From positions 140,487-204,486 of the forward strand of contig JBGSMD010000051.1 of the NCBI GenBank assembly GCA_041740355.1: a stretch of DNA of 64,000 nucleotides, read 5' to 3'. Below are positions 10,201-19,952 of this stretch, in pieces. The position numbers and the translations under genes were made by a program. How positions within the stretch are numbered: the first letter of the stretch is position 1; each line of letters begins with the position of its first letter. Under the pieces are notes generated by a model that did not search any database, was not told where the DNA came from, and was given only the letters and a program-made list of their open reading frames with translations. This DNA comes from Bdellovibrionota bacterium (GTDB taxonomy: Bacteria; Bdellovibrionota_C; UBA2361; CALJRW01).

Positions 10201-10298
10201 CGAGTTAAATATATTTTAAACTCACAGACAAATGCTAGCTTACAGAAGCGCACATTCTGTCGCAAGAAAAAACTTACTAATAATCTGAGCTAAACGCA

Positions 10299-11549
10299 CT
10301 AACCTACAGCTCTTTCTTTACGGGCAACTAATAATGGCGTTGCTTGTCCCTGAATCACCTCGGCTGTTACTACAACTTCACTAATATTATCCATACTTGG
10401 AATATCAAACATGACTTCCAGAAGGGACTTCTCAATAATGCCACGTAATCCTCGCGCCCCAGTTTGTTTAGTAATTGCTAACTCAGCAATTGCTTTTAAG
10501 GCATCGGTTGTGAAAGTAAGGGCAACATCATTAACATTTAGTAATTCCTGAAATTGCTTGACCAAAGCATTTTTAGGCTCAGTTAAAATTCGAACTAAAT
10601 CAGCAGCATCTAAACTTTTAAGTGGTGCGACAATTGGTAATCTTCCTAAAAATTCAGGAATCATCCCAAACTTCATGAGATCATCTGTTTCCACTTCTAA
10701 AATTGCTGTTTCAGCATTGAAATTTGCTTTTCGTTCCATGCCAAAACCTAAGGACTTATTCCCATTACGGTTAGAAATAATCCGTTCCAGGCCTTCAAAT
10801 GCACCACCAAAGATAAATAAGATATCGCTGGTATCAACTTGAATAAATTCTTGTTGCGGATGCTTTCGTCCACCCTTAGGAGGAATATTCGCGACAGTTC
10901 CCTCCATCATCTTTAGTAACGCTTGCTGTACGCCTTCTCCGGAAACGTCACGTGTAATTGAAGGGCTATCAGATTTACGAGAAAGCTTATCAATCTCATC
11001 TACAAACACAATTCCATGTTGCGCCCTGGCAACATCATAATTGGCTGACTGTAATAATCCCGCTACAATATTTTCTACGTCCTCTCCAACATAACCTGCT
11101 TCGGTTAAAGTTGTTGCATCAACCATGGCAAAAGGAACATCAATAATCTTAGCAATTGTTTGCGCGAGTAATGTCTTTCCAGAACCAGTTGGCCCAAGGA
11201 TTAGAACATTTGATTTACTTAATTCTACCTCTGACTCTATGTCGAAATTATTATTAATTCTTTTATAATGATTGTGAACAGCAACAGAAAGGATTTTTTT
11301 TGCTTCCTCTTGGCCAATAATATGCTGATCTAATTTTTCCTTGATAATTTTAGGAGAAGGGATAGTCAGTTTTTGATGCTGGCTAGCCCTTTTTTTGGTA
11401 TCTTTTTTTAAAACCTGATTGCAATTTTCAACGCAAGAATTACAAATATATACTCCCGGACCAGCGATTAACTTTTTAGTTACTTCCTGACCTGAACCAC
11501 AGAAGGAACAAGTTAAGTTTCCACGAAGCGTCTTGCGATCTATTGCCAT
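10299..11549 (-). CDS. clpX: ATP-dependent Clp protease ATP-binding subunit
   Basis: CSFC...CNSC zinc finger, [41 protein letters not shown] loop. Confidence 0.97.
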   Translation of the reverse strand: MAIDRKTLRGNLTCSFCGSGQEVTKKLIAGPGVYICNSCVENCNQVLKKDTKKRASQHQKLTIPSPKIIKEKLDQHIIGQEEAKKILSVAVHNHYKRINNNFDIESEVELSKSNVLILGPTGSGKTLLAQTIAKIIDVPFAMVDATTLTEAGYVGEDVENIVAGLLQSANYDVARAQHGIVFVDEIDKLSRKSDSPSITRDVSGEGVQQALLKMMEGTVANIPPKGGRKHPQQEFIQVDTSDILFIFGGAFEGLERIISNRNGNKSLGFGMERKANFNAETAILEVETDDLMKFGMIPEFLGRLPIVAPLKSLDAADLVRILTEPKNALVKQFQELLNVNDVALTFTTDALKAIAELAITKQTGARGLRGIIEKSLLEVMFDIPSMDNISEVVVTAEVIQGQATPLLVARKERAVG

Positions 11550-11779
11550 GAGCTAAACCTTTTAAAAACCATCCACGAACAAAATGAATTAGAATTACCC
11601 AAACTTAAGTCTTTTATATAAGACTAAATTAAGGTCATAACTATATGATGCTATCGGATGCTATTTGGTAGCGAATAAATCCTTTATCTAAAAAGAATCA
11701 GTATATAGAACGTCCAAAAATGGATTTCTGTTAAGAAAATTATTTTTTGAGGCTCGAGCGTCTAGCATTTACATTGTAG

Positions 11780-11815
11780 TTTCTTGTCCGCCGAAGTTTT
11801 AGCGAAGGCGGAAGC
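11780..11815. repeat. REP-like repeat family B copy, inverted relative to 653-688
   Basis: tttcttgtccgccgaagttttagcgaaggcggaagc. Confidence 0.8.
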
Positions 11816-11856
11816 GAAAGAGGGATAGACACGTTTAAATGCCTAAAAACAACAAA

Positions 11857-11922
11857 TATATAGTAGGCCTAACTGGAATTCCGAAAAGGTTTTTCGGAAA
11901 TTCCTTCTTAGGTTTACTATAT
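11857..11922. repeat. Family A-related palindrome with ATATAGT...ACTATAT ends
   Basis: atatagtaggcctaa...ttccgaaaa-gg-ttttcggaa...ttaggtttactatat. Confidence 0.65.
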
Positions 11923-11996
11923 TATTTTAAATACTGACTCTTTTTACTTAATATAGTAGTCTAATCTAAGAATTTATTAGCAAATTGAAGGATTCC

Positions 11997-12188
11997 ATGG
12001 AATTTAAAGAAAAAGACAGAGTTAAAAGCACACGTTCTAAAGGTAGCTTAGGAACTGTAATTCAAGTAAGGAAAGAGGCTATTACCAATAGTGCCTCAAA
12101 AAAAGCAATTCCGGAACTGATTAAAGTACAGTGGGATAATGGGACCAAATCCTACTTTGATCCAAGTAGCTTAGAGATAGTCAAATAA
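11997..12188 (+). CDS. Small hypothetical protein (SH3/KOW-like beta fold)
   Basis: FKEKDRVKS...GTVIQV...KVQWDNG...SLEIV pattern. Confidence 0.6.
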   Translation: MEFKEKDRVKSTRSKGSLGTVIQVRKEAITNSASKKAIPELIKVQWDNGTKSYFDPSSLEIVK

Positions 12189-12204
12189 GTTTAATAAGTG
12201 AAAG

Positions 12205-12234
12205 ACTTTCCATCTAATGATATAGGTGGAAAGT
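12205..12234. terminator. Hairpin between convergent genes
   Basis: actttccatcta-atgata-taggtggaaagt. Confidence 0.55.
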
Positions 12235-12245
12235 AGGAAAATTGT

Positions 12246-12929
12246 TTAATTCTGAATAACAACTTCCACGCGCCGGTTCTTAGAACGTCCGCTATTTGTA
12301 GTATTAATATCTACAGGCCTAGACTCACCATAACCTTTCACCGTCAATCTGCTTCTAGATACCCCTTTGGCAACGATCTCATCGGCTACAGAGTATGCAC
12401 GGTCCTCGGAAAGTCGCTTGTTATAAGTCATTGTTCCGACAGAATCTGTATGACCTTCTATTAATACGCTACGATCAGGATACTTACGGACCACATCGGT
12501 AATTTCTCCGATCTTGCTGTAAGAATCAGATCTCAAGCGATGGCTATTAAAATCAAAAAGAACATCAGGTAGGTTTACAACAATACCGCGGTCTGTTTGA
12601 CTAACATCTAGTCCACCGGCCTTTAACTCGCGAATCATTCGCTCATTCTCTTGAATCATCTGATCCTGTGCGGAAAGTCGCTGATCCATTTGATCCATCG
12701 CTTCATCCTGCTTATCCATGGAGTTTCCAATTAAACCACCACTAATTGCGCCAAGTCCGGCACCGATTGCCACACCAGCACCAGCCGAACCAGTTTTATG
12801 ACCTATTATTGCACCTAATCCAGCCCCCAAGGCACCACCAGCAGCAGCTCCTTTATCTCGACTATTCATTTGGTAGCCACTACAAGAACAGAGGGCAATA
12901 ACTAAAACTAAAGCTAAATACTTTTTCAT
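12246..12929 (-). CDS. OmpA-family lipoprotein with glycine zipper
   Basis: Lipobox-like Cys, GAAAGGALGAGLGA zipper, VLFDFNS, IEGHTDSVG, LSEDRA, NRRVEV. Confidence 0.92.
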   Translation of the reverse strand: MKKYLALVLVIALCSCSGYQMNSRDKGAAAGGALGAGLGAIIGHKTGSAGAGVAIGAGLGAISGGLIGNSMDKQDEAMDQMDQRLSAQDQMIQENERMIRELKAGGLDVSQTDRGIVVNLPDVLFDFNSHRLRSDSYSKIGEITDVVRKYPDRSVLIEGHTDSVGTMTYNKRLSEDRAYSVADEIVAKGVSRSRLTVKGYGESRPVDINTTNSGRSKNRRVEVVIQN

Positions 12930-12946
12930 CTGAATTCTAATAATTA

Positions 12947-13091
12947 ATATAGTAAGTCCAAAAAGTAATTTCCATTGGGATATTATTTTTTGGAGATTTC
13001 TATTCCCCGGAGGGATAGTAAAATGATATAGTTATGACAAAAAACACAAACCTAATTTTTAAACATTCGGAAAATACTTTTTGTCATAACT
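12947..13091. repeat. Family A composite palindromic repeat (hairpin-1 + core + hairpin-2)
   Basis: Core ctattccccggagggatag at 13000-13018; hairpin-2 agttatgacaaaaa...tttttgtcataact. Confidence 0.85.
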
Positions 13092-13120
13092 TTAAACTTT
13101 CGATTAAATAACGAAATAAA

Positions 13121-14086
13121 TTATAATTTATTCATTAAATCTTTTGCTTCTTGATTCTCAGGATCACGTTTCAGTGCTTCCTGAAGCTCATGCCGAGCTT
13201 CGTCCTTCCGATCAAGCTCTAAGTAAACTTTCCCAAGTCCCGTATGAACTGTGAGATCTTCTGGGCAAAGACGCTGTGCCCTACGAAAATGATATAATTT
13301 TTCTGCTGTAATTTCAGCCTGCCCAGCAGAAGAAATTTCTTTCTTTGCTTCCTGACATTCCGGCGTAACACTTGGAGCACTTGCAGTAGTTGTTTCTTGA
13401 TTCCAATTATAAGCTGCCCGTGTGTCCATTTCTTGAATTGCTTGAACTTTTGGCAATTCTTGCTGGGGAACTGGTGCAACATCTACCTTAGCTACAACTA
13501 CTGGCTCTGACTCAATTATTGCTGTTTCACTGATTATTGGCTCAATTACTTTGACCTCTTGGATTTGCTCAATCTCTTCCACTGGCATTGCTGTTGGTAC
13601 TTCAATGGGAGCAGATTCCAAAGCCACAGGAGCTCTTTCAAAATTAGATTCAGCAATTTTAGAAGACGCTAAATGATTTGTACTCTGCGGAAATGATTCT
13701 TTCAAATCTTTCTCAATTACTAAATTCGAAGCAGGAGGATTACCAGTAAATGATACTTGATCTTGAGTAGAACGACGTAGCTGATCCACTTCATTTTGAT
13801 GAAGTTGCAACTGTCTTTGCTGTTGTTGAATTGTTTCTGCTTGAGTATCAATAACATCATCTTTTTCTTGGAAGCGATGTCCGATCATAGCCCCAACACC
13901 AGCGCCCGCAATTGTTCCTAAGGCTAATCCCCCAGCAGTACTTCCCGACTGGCTTCCAATTACAGCTCCCAGTCCACCACCGACAACAGCACCTGCGGCA
14001 GCCCCACGATCACTGTCATTTGCCTGATAATCAGAACTAGAACAGCCAACGATTAGTGATAAAATTATCGGAATAATATACTTCAT
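13121..14086 (-). CDS. Lipoprotein with glycine zipper, coiled coil, acidic linker and C-terminal TPR
   Basis: IVGC lipobox; GAAAGAVVGGGLGA; HTGLGKVYLELDRKDEARHELQEALKRDPEN TPR. Confidence 0.8.
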   Translation of the reverse strand: MKYIIPIILSLIVGCSSSDYQANDSDRGAAAGAVVGGGLGAVIGSQSGSTAGGLALGTIAGAGVGAMIGHRFQEKDDVIDTQAETIQQQQRQLQLHQNEVDQLRRSTQDQVSFTGNPPASNLVIEKDLKESFPQSTNHLASSKIAESNFERAPVALESAPIEVPTAMPVEEIEQIQEVKVIEPIISETAIIESEPVVVAKVDVAPVPQQELPKVQAIQEMDTRAAYNWNQETTTASAPSVTPECQEAKKEISSAGQAEITAEKLYHFRRAQRLCPEDLTVHTGLGKVYLELDRKDEARHELQEALKRDPENQEAKDLMNKL

Positions 14087-14093
14087 AACTTTC

Positions 14094-14345
14094 CTACTTA
14101 GTTTTAAATCTTTCTGCCCGATCGTTGTAATGTTCCTGCTTCTTTAGCTCAAGATGCTCGCTCTCTTGTCTTTCTTTTTGTTTTTCTTGCATGTTGATTA
14201 CTTCTTGTTGAATCCCCAAGCGTTGTTCATGATCATACTTTTCAATGTTGGGTACAAGTGGTTGGTTAGTTTCCGGATTAATTGGAATGGCATTGCATGC
14301 TCCGAGAAGGAAACAAAGAAGAAAGAAAATTAGAAATTTTTTCAT
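14094..14345 (-). CDS. Small hypothetical lipoprotein
   Basis: MKKFLIFFLLCFLLGAC lipobox; charged helical tail. Confidence 0.7.
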   Translation of the reverse strand: MKKFLIFFLLCFLLGACNAIPINPETNQPLVPNIEKYDHEQRLGIQQEVINMQEKQKERQESEHLELKKQEHYNDRAERFKTK

Positions 14346-14584
14346 AGATTAGGGAATATGTAGCTTAAAAGGAACTTTGCCGGTGCCTATCCGATCCAAA
14401 GTAGCACTCAAGACAGTAACACTGTTTGAATGAAAGCAAAATATAGGAATATGTAGGCGATGATAAAAATTATTGCTTTTAATAATGAATCACCAGGTAG
14501 TTAAAGCTAAGCATGCTGCACGCGACTCTTCGAGAGCTTGGTGGCATGTTTAGTCTGTAGGCCTTAAATTAAAAAGCAAAGATT

Positions 14585-15280
14585 CTACAGCGCTTTGGAT
14601 AAATTAGCTCTAGTTAAGGGAATTCCTGTTTCGGTTAAAAAGTAAGTCAGCCTCTCCAAGTATGCTTCAATTAATGAAATGGAGCGGGGTAAGCGCTTCG
14701 CTAAATATTCTTGATGCGCTTCATTAAGGAGTATTCCTCTTTGCTTAGCTAGGGTAAAGATCATTTTACTTAAGTCTTCATCTTGTACGTTATCCAAACT
14801 ATAAATTTGCATGTTTGCTAATCGGCTAGATAAATGATCATTTAAAATATAATTTTGGAAAGGCTGATCGGCAAAGATAATTAGTTTAGCTGAATTGCGC
14901 TTCACGGATTCATACAGATCAATAAATCGGCTACTTAAGTCTTCTGCCTCTGGGTAAATGTTGGTTAGAAAATTTTGGAAATCGTCAATTATCAAAACAT
15001 CTTGATCTGTATAATTTGGCTTTAATGTTTGGGAATCAAAATTATCAGCAGTAATAATTTGAGGATAGAAATTATGGTTGGTAAAGAACTGACTCAAGAC
15101 AATTGATAAATGAGTTTTACCAGAACGGGGCGAACCATAAAGATATGTAGCACTAAAAGTATGCCGACTAACGTCCTGCTCAAAATAAGATTTAATTCGT
15201 CGTAAGCCTAAATGCCAATAGAAGTTATCGGTTTGATAAGTAATTACCTTACGTAATTTTAGCGGAATTTGATTGTTCAT
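14585..15280 (-). CDS. hda: DnaA regulatory inactivator Hda-like AAA+ protein
   Basis: YLYGSPRSGKTHL, LIIDD, LSSRL, QRGILL...YLAKRLPRS. Confidence 0.75.
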   Translation of the reverse strand: MNNQIPLKLRKVITYQTDNFYWHLGLRRIKSYFEQDVSRHTFSATYLYGSPRSGKTHLSIVLSQFFTNHNFYPQIITADNFDSQTLKPNYTDQDVLIIDDFQNFLTNIYPEAEDLSSRFIDLYESVKRNSAKLIIFADQPFQNYILNDHLSSRLANMQIYSLDNVQDEDLSKMIFTLAKQRGILLNEAHQEYLAKRLPRSISLIEAYLERLTYFLTETGIPLTRANLSKAL

Positions 15281-15286
15281 TAGAAT

Positions 15287-16579
15287 CTAACAACCAACAT
15301 TGGATTCCAAACTGTGCGCGTGCTGATTAAGACTGACCTGACATTCAAGTGCTATTAACTTCTCCATTAATTTACTATAACCACGCATTAAATGCTCGGC
15401 GTCTTGAATAACAGTCTCCCCTTCCGCAACTAATCCCGCAATTAGAATTGCTGCAGCAGCGCGAATATCATGTCCCTTAACTGTCGTTCCCCTTAAACAA
15501 GCAACGCCTGAAATTCTAGCTAGTGCCCCTTCAATCTGAATCTTAGCTCCCATCTTATTAAGCTCGGCAACATGAGCAAAGCGAGATTCATAAATCTTCT
15601 CTGATATTGTGCTTTGGCCATTAGCCACTGTCAAACAAGACATTAACTGCGCTTGAATATCAGTTGCTAAGCCTGGAAATGGTGCCGTTTCAACATTTAC
15701 TGCCTTGATGATTTCAGGAGCTTTAACAACCATCGAGTGATTATTACATGTATAATTAACTCCCATTTCAGTTAATATATCCAAGAATTTACCTAAATGT
15801 TTTGGATCAAATCCATTAATTACTAATTCCCCTCGGGTAGCAACAGTAGCTAGGATATAAGTTGCGGCTTCAATCCGATCCCCAATTAATTTGGTCTTAG
15901 TTGAGTGTAAATTCTTTTTGCCAATTACTTCAATTCTTTCCGTTCCGGCTCCAATAATTTCAGCACCCATACCGATTAGCAAATTAGCTAAGGCAACTAC
16001 TTCTGGCTCACGGGCAACATTTGTGAAAACACTTTTCCCCGGTGTTAAGGCAGCGGCTAGTAATAACTGGTGGGTCGCTCCCACTGAGGGAAAATTTAAA
16101 TGAAAAGTTGTTGGTCTTAAACCACCACTTGGGGCTTCCGCAATGACAACAGAATTTTCCATAGTGATTTTTGCACCCATGGAGGCAAGTCCCTCTAAAT
16201 GGATATCCACAGGGCGCTTCCCAATAATATCACCACCAGGAAGAAAAACTTTTGCTTTTCCATATCGAGCGAGTAGTGGCGCAAGAATCCAAAATGATGC
16301 CCGAAAGGATTTAATTAAGGCAACTGGTGGCTCACAACAGGAAATTACTGGAGTGGCAATTTTAATGCTGTCACCTGTGCGATCTACTTTACACCCAATA
16401 CTTTCTAGGAGGCTTTGCGATAGATTAACATCAGAAATCTCAGGTACGTTGGTATAAGTCACCTCTTCCGCTGTCAGCACAGCAGCCATCAACATCGGCA
16501 AGACGGCATTTTTTGCTCCACTAACAGTGACTTCCCCAGATAGGCGATGGGGGCCTTGGATAAACAACTTTTGTGACAT
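15287..16579 (-). CDS. murA: UDP-N-acetylglucosamine enolpyruvyl transferase (Asp at the usual active-site Cys)
   Basis: SGAKNA, RAS, LPGGDIIGKRPVDIH, SVGAT, AREPEV, DRIEA, PFPGLATD, DIRA. Confidence 0.96.
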   Translation of the reverse strand: MSQKLFIQGPHRLSGEVTVSGAKNAVLPMLMAAVLTAEEVTYTNVPEISDVNLSQSLLESIGCKVDRTGDSIKIATPVISCCEPPVALIKSFRASFWILAPLLARYGKAKVFLPGGDIIGKRPVDIHLEGLASMGAKITMENSVVIAEAPSGGLRPTTFHLNFPSVGATHQLLLAAALTPGKSVFTNVAREPEVVALANLLIGMGAEIIGAGTERIEVIGKKNLHSTKTKLIGDRIEAATYILATVATRGELVINGFDPKHLGKFLDILTEMGVNYTCNNHSMVVKAPEIIKAVNVETAPFPGLATDIQAQLMSCLTVANGQSTISEKIYESRFAHVAELNKMGAKIQIEGALARISGVACLRGTTVKGHDIRAAAAILIAGLVAEGETVIQDAEHLMRGYSKLMEKLIALECQVSLNQHAHSLESNVGC

Positions 16580-16628
16580 AGATTTGAATATGAAGATAAT
16601 TCAAAATGTGAGTCTTTGAATATTATCA

Positions 16629-16770
16629 AGATTCCAAAAAGTAATTTCCCTTCGGAATTACTTTTTGGGACTTACTATCCCCCCGGAGGGATAATAAAAT
16701 CATATAGTTATGATAAAAAACACAAAACTACTTTAAACATTCAGATATTACTTTTTATCATAACTATATA
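16629..16770. repeat. Family A composite palindromic repeat
   Basis: ttccaaaaagtaatt...aattactttttggga; core ctatccccccggagggata at 16675-16693; atatagttatgataaaaa...tttttatcataactatat. Confidence 0.85.
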
Positions 16771-17006
16771 ACCTGAATTATGTATTATATCAAAGGACTA
16801 TTAAGCTTTGCTTCTAAATTATACTAAGTCACTAATGACTAAAAATCCGTTTTTACATCCCTTAGCATAATTATTCACCGAAGCTAAAGCCTAGGCGGAA
16901 GCTAAGGTCAGCTAATTTTTATAAACCTTCAAGTCAATACTAAGGGTGACTTAAATTATAGTGAATTAATAGCACAGCTACGCAGGCTAGGACTTCAAAT
17001 AATGAT

Positions 17007-18656
17007 TTAGTTATCAGAAAATTTATAGACCCATTCATATGTTTTAAAGGCACCACTCAGATTTTTAACTTTAAAATTATTTTGAGACAGGATGCGACTA
17101 GCGAAGTATGAACGTTGTCCAGACTGGCAATAAACAAATATTTCCCGATCGACTGGCAATTCCGACAAACGACTTCGCAGTTCAGGTAAGGGAATATGAT
17201 AGGCATTGTTAATAATTCCATTCTTAATCTCGCTATCATTTCTAACATCGAGCAGGAAACTATCTTTAGGTAAGGTCACTAAATCCTCAGCAAAAAACTG
17301 AGTAACCTTTCCTGTTAGAATATTTTCAGCAATCATCCCAGCGATATTCACAGGATCTTTCGCAGAGCCATACTGTGGAGAATAGCTTAATTCCAAATCA
17401 ATTAAGTCAGTAACCGTCAACTTGCCAATAATAGCGGTGGCGATAACATCAATTCGCTTTTCAACGCCAGCTTTTCCAATAGCTTGTGCACCAAGAATCT
17501 CACCCTCTGGGGAAAAAAGAACTTTCAGGTTAATAGTCGATACGCCTGGATAATATGTAACATGATTATTAGGATGCAAATGAACTTTATGAAACTGAAA
17601 ACCTGATTTTATAAGGCGAGTTTCGCTAGCTCCAGTTGAAGCCAGAGTCAAATCAAAAAATCTTAAAACTGCAGTGCCCAATGTTCCTTGATATACTTTT
17701 TTTGCACCATAAATATTATCCGCAACAATTCTTGCTTGCCGATTAGCTGGCCCGGCCAAAGCAATGACAGCAGGTTGTTTAGTAATATAATCTTGAACCT
17801 CCAAACAGTCTCCAATCGCCCAGATATTGGACTGACTTGTTTGTAAATACTGATTTACCTTAACCCCTTTAGTCACACCTAGCTCAAGTCCAGCATTGAG
17901 CGCTAGTTTATTCTCCGGACGAACACCAATTGCTAATATTACTAGTTCCGCTGAAATACTTTGACCACTTTTTAATTTAAGGTTTAAACAACTGGCAGTT
18001 TCTTCCAGTTCCAAAAGTGGATCGGACAATCTAACATCTATTCCCTTAGATTTAGCCTCTGTTAATATTACTGCTGACATTTCAGGATCAAAAGTTGGTA
18101 ATAGTTGTGCACTTGCTTCGATTAAATGCAGTTTTAAATTTAAGTTATGGAGTTGTTCTACAATCTCAAGCCCAATGTAACCTCCCCCAACAACTGCAAC
18201 TGTTTGTATTTTATTAGTAGCAATAAACTCTTTGATCTTGATAACATCTGGTATAGTTCTTACAGTAAAAATTCCAGGCAGATTAATTCCTGGGAGAGCT
18301 GGAATAATTGGGGCAGCTCCCGTTGCTAAAATTAATTGATCATATGTTAAAATATATTCTTGGTGTAAAGTATGATTATTAATTAATAATTCCTGACGCA
18401 CGGGATCAATATTCATTGCTTCTGAATTGATTCGAATGTCTAAATTAAAGCGCTGACCAAGTGATTCTGGTGTATGTAAAATCAAATCATCGATTTGTTT
18501 AATCTCATTGCCAACGTAGTAAGGCAAACCACAATTTCCAAATGAGATATATTCCCCTTTCTCCAGAATAATAATTTCAGATTTTTCATCAAGCCTACGA
18601 AGCCTAGCAGCAACAGTAGCTCCACCAGCGACACCTCCAATAATTACAATTCTCAT
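17007..18656 (-). CDS. CoA-disulfide/persulfide reductase with C-terminal rhodanese domain (CoADR-RHD)
   Basis: GGVAGG FAD motif, SFGNCGLPY redox Cys, GGGYIG, YSPQY, rhodanese LLDVR...YCQSGQRS. Confidence 0.92.
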   Translation of the reverse strand: MRIVIIGGVAGGATVAARLRRLDEKSEIIILEKGEYISFGNCGLPYYVGNEIKQIDDLILHTPESLGQRFNLDIRINSEAMNIDPVRQELLINNHTLHQEYILTYDQLILATGAAPIIPALPGINLPGIFTVRTIPDVIKIKEFIATNKIQTVAVVGGGYIGLEIVEQLHNLNLKLHLIEASAQLLPTFDPEMSAVILTEAKSKGIDVRLSDPLLELEETASCLNLKLKSGQSISAELVILAIGVRPENKLALNAGLELGVTKGVKVNQYLQTSQSNIWAIGDCLEVQDYITKQPAVIALAGPANRQARIVADNIYGAKKVYQGTLGTAVLRFFDLTLASTGASETRLIKSGFQFHKVHLHPNNHVTYYPGVSTINLKVLFSPEGEILGAQAIGKAGVEKRIDVIATAIIGKLTVTDLIDLELSYSPQYGSAKDPVNIAGMIAENILTGKVTQFFAEDLVTLPKDSFLLDVRNDSEIKNGIINNAYHIPLPELRSRLSELPVDREIFVYCQSGQRSYFASRILSQNNFKVKNLSGAFKTYEWVYKFSDN

Positions 18657-18682
18657 TTTTAGCTCATTAAATTATAAACTGT

Positions 18683-19204
18683 TTATTTTTGATTCCAAGG
18701 CATTTTTCCTAAAACCAAAGCCATCCCACAAGTGTCAGTTACTCCACTAAAAACTAATCCCGTACCAACAAATGCTGGAATCAAATAAAATCCAACATTT
18801 ACTAATTGCCCAAGCAGAACTCCAATCATCACAAAACTTCCGGCAGCTATTCTTACCTGTCTTTCCAGCGAAATTACTCCCCGTCCTTCAATGAAAGAAA
18901 AATTACTACACTGATTACAGGCATTAATTCCCCCTGCTAATATTTTTAAATCAGAACAATTTAAATCAGTTAATAACTCGCAGGCTTTTTCAGCTCGTTT
19001 TCCACTTTGGCAGACGATCACTATTGGTTGTTTAAGATCAATTTTCAAAGCGGAAAGCTGTTCAGGATTTAAACGATCCAAGGGGAGATTAACGGCGTTC
19101 GGCAAATGCTTACTTTTAAATTCAGCAGGTGTTCTAACATCTAATAAAACTGTGTTAGCTGGAATCTCTTGTAACTCCGCAGGTGTAATTTTTTGATTAG
19201 TCAT
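18683..19204 (-). CDS. Membrane rhodanese (YgaP/DUF2892-like); start re-assigned to 19204
   Basis: LLDVRTPAEF, VCQSGKRA, ISLERQVRIAAG, GVTDTCGMALVLGKMPWN. Confidence 0.9.
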   Translation of the reverse strand: MTNQKITPAELQEIPANTVLLDVRTPAEFKSKHLPNAVNLPLDRLNPEQLSALKIDLKQPIVIVCQSGKRAEKACELLTDLNCSDLKILAGGINACNQCSNFSFIEGRGVISLERQVRIAAGSFVMIGVLLGQLVNVGFYLIPAFVGTGLVFSGVTDTCGMALVLGKMPWNQK

Positions 19205-19493
19205 TTGCTTCTCCAAATTTTTTGTAAATACAGGCAATAAAACTAGGCAGATGCTCTTCTATCACTTGATAGTGAATGGATCGTCCATTTTTTTCTGCTT
19301 TTAAAAAATTACAAAGACGTAAAAGTTTTAAATGTTCGGAAGTTAAGCTTTGGCTACATTCAATCGCTTCGGCAATTTCGTTCACAGTCAGATTGGGTTG
19401 CTCTAAAAGCAAATCCACAATCTTAAGTCGAAATGGTTGAGCCAACATTTTTAAACAGTTAGCTGCGTCTTCATATTGTTGATTAGTAAGCAT
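19197..19493 (-). CDS. ArsR/SmtB-family regulator (BigR/SqrR-like); start re-assigned to 19493
   Basis: LKMLAQPFRLKIV...SQSLTSEHLKLLR...KNGRSIHY; heads the rhodanese-CoADR operon. Confidence 0.88.
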   Translation of the reverse strand: MLTNQQYEDAANCLKMLAQPFRLKIVDLLLEQPNLTVNEIAEAIECSQSLTSEHLKLLRLCNFLKAEKNGRSIHYQVIEEHLPSFIACIYKKFGEAND

Positions 19494-19521
19494 ATTGTTA
19501 TTATAAGCATGTTCAATCAAC

Positions 19522-19541
19522 ATATCAAGAGATATTGATAT
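19522..19541. promoter_or_regulatory. Putative ArsR operator
   Basis: atatcaa-gagata-ttgatat inverted repeat about 30 nt upstream of the re-assigned arsR start. Confidence 0.6.
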
Positions 19542-19599
19542 ATAATTATTCTTTAATTTATAATTGCTATTACTATCTCCCTGCAAGCGTTATAAAATT

Positions 19600-19900
19600 A
19601 TATATAGTAAACCCAAAAAAGGTTTTCTGAAAAACAGATTAACTAAGACTGTTGCTGGTTTTTATCTTTTTTTAACCTGAAGTACTTAAAGAATGTTAAT
19701 TTATAGATAAACCTTTGGTTTAACTCTATTTATTAAGTTGGGTTTACTATTTGTCTGTTGGCTCCCGCTGGTCGCTTCTATAGTCATAATGTATTTAATA
19801 ATTTCCTAACGGAAATTATTTTTTGGAATGACTATAGTTATGACAAAATCACTAAACTAGCTTTTCAATATTCAGAAATTAGTTTTTATCATCACCATAA
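19600..19900. repeat. Cluster of family A-related palindromes
   Basis: atagtaaacccaa(~19604)...ttgggtttactat(~19750); ctatagtcat...atgactatag (19778-19837) running into tatagttatgacaaaa, the hairpin-2 start. Confidence 0.6.
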
Positions 19901-19922
19901 TAGCTTAAACACACTTGAAAAG

Positions 19923-19952
19923 ATATCAATAGATGTGTATATCTATTGATAT
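19923..19952. promoter_or_regulatory. Putative Rrf2 operator site 1 (upstream of hemN)
   Basis: Perfect 12-bp inverted repeat atatcaatagat-gtgtat-atctattgatat. Confidence 0.75.

Noticed and set aside
10299-11549. clpX without adjacent clpP/tig as a novel system
   Set aside because: All canonical motifs are intact and unlinked clpX copies are common
19915-19929. FNR box upstream of hemN (ttgaa-aagat-atcaa)
   Set aside because: Spacer is 5 nt rather than 4 and has a mismatch; the overlapping 12-bp inverted repeat explains the site better
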